A stretch of DNA of 53,646 bases, the filler included, from Bipalium vagum (Eukaryota), in the NCBI GenBank assembly GCA_037834085.1. It is 2 parts of 2 records of this genome, joined end to end, with 100 filler letters (N's around TTAATTAATTAA, not from the genome) between each part and the next. Parts side by side here need not be neighbours in the genome. Positions count along the whole stretch, not along the records: positions 1 to 24,553 come from JBBMKC010200052.1; 1 more part is not named here. One strand, given 5' to 3'. Below the pieces are notes generated by a model. The model was given only the letters and a program-made list of their open reading frames with translations, was not told the DNA's origin and did no database searches. Position 1 is the first letter of the stretch. The number at the start of each line of letters is the position of its first letter. Below, one piece after another: positions 1-10,190 of the stretch. Position numbers and translations under genes: made by a program.

Positions 1-571
1 TGTTTATTAAGTTAATAATGAAATTAAATATTCAACGATAATTCTATCATCTGGTGAGGTACGACTTATCCTTTAACTCTCTGTAAATACAATTTTTGAC
101 GAAAAATAAAATTACATAACATTTCTACTCATATAAAATTACGTTTTTTAATTATTAATTCAAATTAATTAAATAAATTTAACTAAAAATATTGTTTAGG
201 AGCAGCCACTGATTATTAATCAGTAGTATGTCATCCTAAAATTATTTAATTATAATTTTTAGTTATGTTTAGTAAAAATGAAATATAAAATGTACGCCAT
301 GATTGACAGCTTAACTGGATAATCAGAGACGTTAAAATGAACTGCAAAATAGTATATAAGCCACCGAAAACTCATTGTTTTTCGCCAAGAAAATTATAAA
401 AAAAATTGGTATATTTATAATTGATAATTTTATTTTGCTGATCAGGGTTTTTCCTGGAACATCTCTTAATTATAATGTGTTTGAAGTCTATGAAAGAGTG
501 CCTGTTTCAGTTTGATTGTTGTAAATAAAAAGGGTTTTACAATTATTTTATTTAATAATTTTTTTAAGTAA

Positions 572-1354
572 TTGGTTTGTGTTGTTAGTAAGAGGGTGAA
601 ATTTGAGCACCATGTGAAAGCTGAGGAAAAGGCGGATCCAGCGGTTCCTCGATCTTATAAATCGGTGGCTACAATGTCGATGAAAGAAGTTTGTTTCTCA
701 GAGCTGGAAAAGAGGATGAGTGATCTGGAGCAGAAAACCGAAATGCTTTTTACGAAGATAAATGCAATTAGTAAGCATTTGTCAATTAATAATGTGTCCA
801 TTTCATCTGAGAAGATTGGTGTTGTTCGCCTAAATCGATTAATTCTTTTAATAATATTATTATTAATAATAAAAGTAAAATAACTGAAATTGCTCCTGGT
901 ACTGACGGATTCACTTTGGTGAAATGGAAAAAAAGCCTAATCCGCCGATACCTAAAATGTATTCGAACGAACAAAACATTCGACTTTTGAATAAACATGA
1001 GAAAACTAAAATATTTGGTTTATTTCCAAATTTATTGCAGTTGATTAAAATGAAACATATTCCAATAAAGCTAAACGCATTAATCTGGAGATTAATCGGA
1101 TAAGAAGTGAACAAATTAATATTCTAAACTTTGAAAAGCGGCATTTTATTAATGGAAACTTATATATCCAAATAAAGAAACAGAATAATAGCAATGCAGT
1201 TGACGTTGAAGATTGGAAAATTTCGAAAACCTCGGTGAATTCCGCTTCCAGTCCAAAAATATCAACTCCTAACATTAATGTTCATCATTATAACAATAGT
1301 AACCATTATAAAATTAATAATCAAAAGATTTATAATAATAATAACAACAACAAG

Positions 1355-1386
<32 letters not shown>

Positions 1387-3130
1387 TTTACCAGTACAGA
1401 AATTTAATAATAAATCGATAAAAACATCAATAAATATCGATAATCTTTCAGAAAAAATTAATCTTTTCGATTGTAGTTTGAAATTGGTTCTACCTTTAAT
1501 GAAAATTTTATTGAATCCTCTTCAGTTATTTCTAAATTCTTGTTAGCCTTTTCTAATGACTTTTCGAATACCAATTTTTTTCTGTTGCTGTTTCCAGGAC
1601 TGCGGAAATTAATAAAGTTATAAGTAAACTTAAAAAGACTCATAAGCTTCCAGATTTCTTGGTTAAATTGGACCTAAAATGTATAGATGGCAAACTATTC
1701 TATTTGAATATAACTCCATCTGTATCTAATAATAATCAGATACAATCGACATCTTTATCTCAACTTCCGCATACTCGTATAACTGAAATAATAAAACATT
1801 TCCCCAAGCTAAGTGAGCTTCTTTTTTGCAAAGTAATTCCGCTGGCACCAATGATGTTATTGAAAGGCTTTCGAAATAATCCGGATTTCTGACCAATATC
1901 TGTTTTATTGAGGGTACATTTTTTAAGTCTTCCGAAAGTCAGAAAGTTTATAAAAACCAATCGGATTTCTTTTGATATATCAGAACTTGCTAAATTAGGT
2001 GAGGAATTAAACCCAACCCTTCAAATGATGATTCGCCAGATAAGATGGTTTTAATCGCTTTTCATTTAAATTATCTTTTATTGAAAGATAAGCTTATTTC
2101 CAAAATATCTGACTCTGATTATCATGTGATAAACTTTCTATAAAATTTGAGTTTTTATCTGTCAATTTCACAATGTGAAATTTTGGCTCATCTTCTTTAA
2201 ATAATTTTTGTGACCTTGGTGAGAAATAATAAGCAAATTACTTCCAAAAATCATTTTTCCAAAAGAAAATAATTGAGAGTGTTAAGCGGTTAAAAAGTGT
2301 TAAAATATCACAAACGTTGGATAGATGCAGCAATGTAATCAATCCAGATTTAAATGAAACGCGTTTTCACAATTTATTGAGATAAACTGCTCTGATATAC
2401 TGTCTCAATTTGAGCTAGTCTATCAATGTGGAAACGAAATATATATACGGTCCAATCTAAAGAAGAGAATATATCAAAAACCGAGACAGTTCGTTTTGTT
2501 TTTGAAAACCTTATAAGAAATAAGTATAATGTCTTGTTGCTGATTAGTTAGAGATTCTGGATCCCAAAATCCGGTAAGATTATGGCTTAATAAATCATAA
2601 AATAAATAAAAATCAAAACTCTTCCTCTGAGAATTTATCTTTTCCAAAGAATAATATTTCTAAAACTATTTCAAACCAAATATTAACGAGAAATTTGAAT
2701 TTTGTTGTAAAAAATGATTCGATAAAAAACTTTTTTGAAAGCCTTCAACTAGGAGAAAAGTACATTTTTCTTGATTGCACTGTTACAGTTGCAATTCTTG
2801 AAGGATGTACTAATTTTATATTAGATTGTCTTGATCTCAATAACATAAACGATATATCTGTGGTTTTTATTTTGGTTTGGCATCCAAACTCTCAAAAATT
2901 TATTTTAATTTTGGATTTTTAGAAAGAGTTTTCATTTGTCATAAATCCCACATTTTTTACAACTCTGAATCTGTGCTTTCAATAAATGATTCTTTAAAGG
3001 AACTCTTCTTTGAAATTCGGGGAAATGTTGATTCTTTGCAGTTGAATGAGAGCCTTCCGCATGACACGCGTGGTTCTGGACTCTACTCAAACTTAATTTT
3101 TTGTGGAATAATTGAGAATTATTCAAATGG
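572..3130 (+). pseudogene. Long degenerate coding region, possibly the N-terminal (pre-RT) part of a non-LTR retrotransposon ORF
   Basis: Chain of + strand ORF fragments with coding-like composition: coiled-coil ELEKRMSDLEQKTEML, Asn-rich linker, and a weak Ulp1-protease-like segment near 2700-3120. It is cut off by the pPolB element at 3132. No diagnostic RT motif is visible. Confidence 0.25.
1333..1387 (+). repeat. (AAT/AAC)n microsatellite
   Basis: Directly visible run taataataataacaacaacaagaataataat... Confidence 0.9.
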
Positions 3131-3131
3131 T

Positions 3132-3213
3132 ACACAAATGGGATCCCATTGTTACCCCTTTTTTCCCTCACCCATTCGCACGCGTGCCTCCCGGCAAACA
3201 CCCTCATTCGTTC
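3132..3213 (+). repeat. Left terminal inverted repeat of the pPolB element
   Basis: gttaccccttttttccctcacccattcgcacgcgtgcctcccggcaaacaccctcattcgttc aligns with the reverse complement of 8997-9060 (ggtagccccattttttcctcactcactcatatgcgtgcctcccggcacacatactcgttcattc). Confidence 0.85.
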
Positions 3214-3391
3214 GTGAAAAACGTGTTTACAAATAAGCTTCTCTTTGTGTGGCGTATAAAATTAAAATATTTCTATACGCATAAAATATACCAAAAAATC
3301 AAAAATTAAAATTTTTATTTTTTCTTTAAAAAAATAGCAAGCGAAAATAATATTAATAAAAAAAAGTTACAGAGCTCAGAATTTAATATTG

Positions 3392-6300
3392 ATGAATGAC
3401 AAGCTATAAATAAAAATTTACCTTTTGAAAATTGTCCTTTTCCAGACAATTTATTTCACGCTGATTTTAATCAGACAACCGAAATAGAAGATGGTAATTT
3501 GATTCATTATTTAAATTCTCATTATTATAAAAACATCTTCATTCAGTTTTTCAATATGACATTTCCCCAGCAGATACAACTTCAAAAAAATATTCGTAAT
3601 TGTTTAAATTTTATTTAGAAAACCTTTACAAATGATTCAGATAATTATAGAGTTAAACTAACACCTTTACATCCGATAATTTATTCAAAACATGGTTCAT
3701 TTCCTTGAACAACTAAGGATAATGTAATTAATTTATTATATTCCAAATTAGAAAAAAATTTACAATCTGCTGAAGAAGTAAATATTGAAGACGTAACTTT
3801 TGAATTTATAATAATACCAATACCTCAAGGAAAGGGAAAAAAATTTATCAATTATAGTGGTAATAATTCTACAAATTTAATATTACAAATTTTTGCAAAA
3901 AATTCTATCAGGTTGTGTAGTATGAAATTTGTAGGTAATGAAATTGCCAACTTTAATTGTTGTTTATTTGTTATCGGCTTCATATTTTACCATTCTGTTT
4001 TTTGCGTTATTATCATTTTACAAATTTCATACTACATAACCTGATATTAATATAATTCAAAATAATGATTCAATTTGTTTGGCTAGATCAATAGTAACTT
4101 CTTTAACTTATGATAATTTCGAAAATAAAAATTATTTAAACCTTGGAGAAAAAGATAATAGAATTAGATATATTAGAAGAGGAGATAAAATACAAGAAAA
4201 ATGGTCTATAAAATTACATAATATGGCACAAGTAGAAATTAAAGAAAATGGTAATAATATTGATGATTTAAAATTATTTGAAAATAATTTAAATTTAAGA
4301 ATTTAGTTTATCATCATAATAATAATAATAATTCTTTTTATATAGAAGCAATGAAGAATTTGTAAAACAAACTTTTATATTTTATGATCAACCAAATCAT
4401 CACTTTATTTCAATAGCAAAAATATCAACTTTTTTACAATCAAAAAAATATTGTCACAAATGCTTACTAGGATTTTAAAATCAGCATAAATGCAAAGTAG
4501 ATAATGTTACAACTTATAGAAATTCGAACATTTGTGAAGATTGTAAACAAGAATGTTATAATAGATCTGATCATAAATGTGGTTGTAAACCACCTTTTAA
4601 TCAACAAAAATGTTATATGAAAAATAATGAAGGAAATTTTAAACAAAGTAATAAATACTTATTTTGTGATTTTGAATCTACTCAAGAAAATGCAGGTTTT
4701 CATGAAATGAATTACGCAATAGCTTATGATACTGAAACAAAATATGTTAAAATACAAACAAACACAATTTCATATAAGCGTAACTTTGCCAAAGGCACTA
4801 AATATTTCAAAACCAATCGAAGGTTATAACAACAATGTTGTTGATAAAGAATTAAATATGGATCCTTTACAATATATAACAATAGCTCAAATTTATACAC
4901 AAATGTTTTTGTCTATAATAAATAATAAAGAAATTGAAATTCCAAGATTAAATGATTTTGAAGAATTATATTTTTATAAATGTATTCATTGGCTAGAATT
5001 TATAAATTAAGAATTTAATCAAAATATTCAACATACAAAAAGAGGAGGAGAAAAAATAATTAATGTTAATAATAAAAATTATAAACCTGGTGGTTATTAT
5101 TATGATACAAAAACTGAAATTCATTATATCTATGAATTTAATGGTTGTTAATTTCATGGCTGTCCAAAATGTTAAAAAATAAAAAAGAAATATGTGAAAC
5201 AGGAAATAAACAATGGAAGAATTATATGATAGAACTTCAGAAAAAATAAAATTATAAACTATTATAAAGATTTTAATTTAAATTTACAACTTGTAGAAAT
5301 ATGGGAATGTGAATACGAAAAACTTTTAGAAAATTCTGAATTTAAGAATTTTAAACTCCACTTAACATTATCTAAATTAAAACCAAAGGAAGCGTTTTTT
5401 GGAGAAAGAACTGAACTTTTAAAATTGTATTGGAACACGTTGTTTGAGAAACACTCACACTCTAAAGTAAAATATGTAGATTTTGTTTCATTATATCCAA
5501 CTGTAAATAAATATGATGAATATCCAGTTGGGCACCCAATAAAAGTATTTAATATTACTCCCGAAGATTATTTTTAAAATGGTGTCATTTCTAATGAAAA
5601 AGCTACGCGTAATTACTTTGGAATTATAAAATGTAAAATTTTACCACCAAAAAATTATTACTACCAGTTATACCTGTTAAACAAGAGTTTGGAAATGCTC
5701 CAAAATTAATATTTAGTTTATGTAGAACTTGTATGGAAAAATATATATAAAATGTGATCATTACATAAAAATAATAATTGTGAGAATTCCGAAAATTCTG
5801 ATCACATAATAAATTAATGTAAAACATGTATAAAAAATAAATATAATTTAAATCATTCAAAAAGATAATGTAAATCATGCTATAATTTTAAACAAAAAAA
5901 TGTAATCATAATGATGAAGACAGATTCCTAATAGGAACATGACCTACAATTGAAATAAATAAGGCAATAGAAAAAGGATACAAATTAATAAAAATTTATG
6001 TAATGGAAAATTTTGAAAAAACTAAAAGAGGTTAATTTGAAGATTATGTAAATATATTTATGAAATATAAATTAGAAGCATCTGATTGTAAATTTAAATA
6101 CCATTCTGAAAGTTGTTCACCAGGTTGTAATAAACATTGTAACGAAGATTGTAAAAATGATAATAATTGTAATACAAAAACTGAATTTGTAGCAGAAAAT
6201 ATTGCTTATGATTTTGATATTGATTATATTAAATTTAATGCTGGTTTAAGATTTATGGCCAAAATTTGTTTAGTTAGTTTATGGGGACATTTTGGAATGA

Positions 6301-7066
6301 GATGATTTTGAACAATATTCATATGTTTATAATTATAATGATATTTGTAAAATAATATTCGATGACATAATTAAAGAACCAAATCCAATTATTTTAAATA
6401 AAGAAGTTTGGATGATGAAATATCATATAAAAGAAGAATGGAAAAAACCAAATAAAACTACAAATACTTATATAGCATATTTACAACTGCTCATGCAAGA
6501 TTAATATTATACAATCTTTTAGAAACATTAAATGAAAGAGTAATTTATTGTGATACTGACAGTACAATATATATTGATAATTCCTGTGAAAATAAAAATT
6601 TTAGTCATGAAGAATGTAAGCCTGTTAGAAAAATTACAAGGAGAAAGTTTGGGAGATTTAACAGAAGAAGTTGAAAAAGATTATGAGATTGGATCTTATA
6701 TAATAGAAATAGTTGTAGCTGCTCCAAAAGATTATCATATGAAAATTTGGAGTAGTAAAAAAATAAAATAGTTACAACTGGTAAAACAAAAGGTTTTGTA
6801 AAAAATGACATTAATTCAGATAAACTAACTTTTGAAAAGAAAAGGAATTTAGTATTAAATAATCCTAATAATCCATTTAATAAAATAAGGAAGAAAATTA
6901 TGAAATAGTAGAAAGTATAAAATTTAAATTAAGAGGAAATAGTTTTAATAATTTTAATAGGATACAAACAATAGATGAAATAAAAATGTATGATTTTGAT
7001 TTTAATAAAAGACAGATCAAATATTTATAAAATGGTAATGTAATAATTTATCCATATGGATATTAA
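3392..7066 (+). pseudogene. Protein-primed DNA polymerase B (pPolB), Polinton/adintovirus type, with frameshifts and stops
   Basis: Motifs in order: LQSAEE..IPQGKG; IQNNDSICLARSIV; ExoI YLFCDFESTQ; nuclease-like insert YEFNGC*FHGCPKC...EIWECE; AFFGERTE; motif A YVDFVSLYP..YPVGHP; motif B AKICLVSLWGHFG; [10 protein letters not shown]; motif C IYCDTDS; LGDLTEE; APKDY; KTKGF; C-terminal YPYGY*. Confidence 0.93.
3908..4044. mobile_element. Mariner-type MITE inserted in the pPolB gene
   Basis: TIRs tcaggttgtgtagtatgaaatttgta / tacaaatttcatactacataacctga with TA on both sides. Removing it restores the frame KNSINIIQNNDSICLAR. Confidence 0.88.
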
Positions 7067-7139
7067 AATTTTATTCTTTAGAAAAAAAATGTTAGCTAGA
7101 GCTGAAGGCTCGTTTTCCCAACTCAAAAATTTCCCAACA

Positions 7140-7400
7140 ATATTTTTTCATTAGATGAAAAAATTAAGTTAAAACATATTAATTCTGACATTCCTTTAAT
7201 AACTTAATGTCAAAATTTGAAAGAAGAAGGAATCCATTGGCTTGGATATTATAACTGTGTTTATTTTGACTCTTATATGAACGAACTATAGTATTCAATA
7301 AATAAGATTTTCAAAGTGAAATGGATTTGTTGTATAGTGGACAATTAACTTTATATGTTTTATATCAAATTTATAAAGAAGTTCCATTCAATAATTATTG
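7140..7400 (+). pseudogene. Adenain-like (Polinton maturation) protease, copy 1
   Basis: EGIHWLGYYNCVYFDSY ... DFQSEMDLLYSGQLTLYVL, with frameshifts and stops. Boundaries are approximate. Confidence 0.75.
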
Positions 7401-7597
7401 TTTGTGTAAGCAAAATGAAAAAATTTATAGAAATTTTAGAAGAGTTACAAAGTGTTATTTTAGAAAAATAAAAAGAATTTAAAATTAAAAAAATTAAATT
7501 TTATTTTAAAAAATGCAAGCTTCGCTTTTGAAACCAAAGGTTTCGACTCGATTTAAGATTGTAAAAACAAATACATTACTATAGTTTTTATGTAAAT

Positions 7598-7992
7598 ATG
7601 AAATTAACTAAACTACAAATTTTGATTTATTTGATATTGCTGAAGAATTAGAAATGCCTTTAAAAGTTTTAATGAAAGATAAAATAACAGAAAAAAGAGT
7701 TAAATCAGAAATTACATCAATTATTAATTATCAAAATACAAATCAAAAAGGAATTCATTGGGTTGGTTATTTAAAAAATTTATATTTTGATTCTTATGGT
7801 TTAACACAACTTGAAGATTTAGAAAAACATGTAAATGAGTACAACAAATTTGATTTTCAATCTGAAACAGATTTAGAGTATTCTGGATAATTATCTTTAT
7901 ATGTTTTATCGAAACTTTTTAGTGGAAAAAAAGTTGAGGAAATTTTAGAAGAATTGGAATATGTTATTTTTGAAAAGTTAAAATTAAAAAAT
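7598..7992 (+). pseudogene. Adenain-like protease, copy 2
   Basis: TNFDLFDIAEELEM..IINYQNTNQKGIHWVGYLKNLYFDSYG...DFQSETDLEYSG*LSLYVL. The G-x-HW, YFDSYG and Q motifs match adenovirus/Polinton proteases. Confidence 0.85.
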
Positions 7993-8993
7993 ATGGGTGA
8001 TAAACTTTTTGTTAATATTGCTGAAAATGGAGAATTTATTTATACCAAAGCTCTTAATCATTATGATGAAGATGAAGATGAAGAAAATGAAATAAAAGAA
8101 GTAAATTTTATTAGAAATGAAAGTGAAAATAAATTTTTAAATGTTATTGGAAATGAAATGAATTTTAAATATGAATAATAAATATTCCAAATCCTACTGA
8201 AGATAATGATGTTGTAAAAAAAATATATAGATGATAAATGAAATATAATAAGAAGTGAAAAAATAATTAATGTAAATGATAAAACAATTAATATTAAAAA
8301 ATTTGAAAATAACTTAAATGTAAAAATTAAAAATATAGAAAAAAAATTCCATGATGAAAAACTAAAATCTATAAAATATATTTCAAAACTAAAAATATTT
8401 TATGCAGAAGATGATTATAAAAAATTAAATGAAACATTCAGATCAAATATTTGGCATTCATTTGGAAATCACCAATATCAAATAGTATAAATGTTTCTGG
8501 TCTAAATATCACTGCAAATAATGATGGATATTTATTTGGAAATATTTATAATTCTTTAATTGAACCTTTTACAATAATATTAGTTGCAGAAAAAATTAAT
8601 TATAAAAAAATGATATTATAAATTTTGGAACAGAAAATAAATGTCATGTTTTTGGTTGGTATAATAATAATAATAGGAATTATTTTTTTGTTAATGGAAA
8701 ATCAATAGGACGAACAGAAGTAACAGAATCTAAATTCGGAACCGATTTAATATCTTTAAAATGTACTAGATCACCTACATTTCCAACACAGTCACATTTT
8801 ATCTATAATTCAGAAAAAAAATTCAACAATTTTTCCATCAAGTAGTAAGTATGAATTTCAATTTAATTCAAAAAATAAAAAAATTTATGAAATCATGATT
8901 TTTAAAAGAAATTTATTTAAAAGTGAAATGGAAAAGATTGAAATTTTTATGAAAAAGTTTTATCCAAATATACACTACAATGTAGAGTTCTGA
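7993..8993 (+). pseudogene. Fibre/receptor-binding-like protein with a C-terminal LamG/ConA-like domain
   Basis: NIPNPTEDNDVVxKKYIDD resembles the P....DaatK.YVD fibre-shaft motif. C-terminal KIYEIMIFKRNLFKSEMEKIEIFMKKFY resembles a LamG-like terminal strand-helix. Frameshifted. Confidence 0.55.
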
Positions 8994-8996
8994 GAT

Positions 8997-9079
8997 GAAT
9001 GAACGAGTATGTGTGCCGGGAGGCACGCATATGAGTGAGTGAGGAAAAAATGGGGCTACCAAAATAGTACACTATGTGT
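8997..9079 (-). repeat. Right terminal inverted repeat of the pPolB element
   Basis: Reverse complement of 3132-3213. Core gcgtgcctcccggca is identical; ends in tgtgt. Confidence 0.85.
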
Positions 9080-9699
9080 CCGATTACCATGGGTTTCAAC
9101 CAATTTTATTATCGAGAGTTTTACTGCTGCAGAGTAATTTGTTCTTGTACTCATTTTTTACTATAACAAAATAACAGTATACAAATTATTAGAATTAAAA
9201 TAATCATCTTACTCTCGAATTTCAGCTTAAAAAAATAAATCAACAAGTAATTCAAAAATATTTATAAGTAATCCAATATTTAAACATATTTTAAATAATT
9301 AATTATAATTGTGATTCAATGTTTATGATTTAAATGATTCATTTCACTCTTGTATAATACCCAGTCCAAATTTGTAAAAATAATGAGGTAAAAAGTGCGT
9401 TTTATGCATGAGATTTTTTTTTCAATATTACTACATCATTGCATGAAAGACTTTTTTTCAATATTTCATTTCAATCTTGTATAACACGCAGTTCGGATTT
9501 TGAACCAAAAATGAGGTAAAAAATTGAAATTTGACGTCAATTTGTTTAAGATATTAGTTAAGAGAAAAATATGGGAAACTTTGTATCCAAAATAATAACT
9601 CAATTTTAAAAAAAAATTCAGTTCAGTAAATATTAAAATTTATGAAATTATGATTTTTCACAAATGTTGAGTTATTTGAAGTTAGAAATTGTTTATTTT

Positions 9700-10190
9700 T
9701 ACCTGATGATTTTGAGTAGACTTGTTTTACAAAACCCATGATTATCATTCATTATGATCAATGTAATGAATTCAGCTGATCTACTATCAAGTTGACAATA
9801 CCTACGATTTCTCAAATGTTTTTCATTGACAAGCTTACCCTCTTCTATTGTCTGAAACAGCAATAGAAGTAGAAAATATTCTAGCTCCGTCATCAAATCT
9901 AGAAAAGTAGAAAATGTATGGAGTAACAGAGATAACGTAGATGCAATGCATGGTCCAAAATTCAATTTATATATTTTGTCAATGTTATGTCAACTGGTAC
10001 TTCTTGAATTAAGCGCGAGAATCTTTGAATTTACATGAAAATAGGCAAAGTTTTAAGTTCTCAAGGAAAATTCGAAACTAGTAAAACCTTTCATCTTGAT
10101 AACTTCAATTTGGCGGTAATTTTTTTCAGATGCTTCATTTTGTTTCTCCGAGCTAACAATTGGGATCGACTGTTTTGTTGTAAACCATAT
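9700..10190 (-). mobile_element. Possible hAT transposase C-terminal remnant
   Basis: RIFSTSIAVSDNRRG(KL) weakly resembles the hAT dimerisation-domain motif ERxFS...RxRL. Confidence 0.25.

Larger units (their letters stand above)
3132..9079 (+). mobile_element. Compact endogenous Polinton/Maverick (adintovirus)-like element with terminal inverted repeats
   Basis: Inverted repeats at 3132-3213 and 8997-9079 enclose pPolB, two adenain-like proteases and a fibre/LamG-like gene, all on the + strand. Confidence 0.85.

Noticed and set aside
3392-8993. Alternative genetic code (TAA=Gln or TGA=Trp) in the viral element
   Set aside because: Stops fall at positions of different expected residues and coexist with many frameshifts, indicating decay. 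Host genes end in TAA, TAG and TGA normally.
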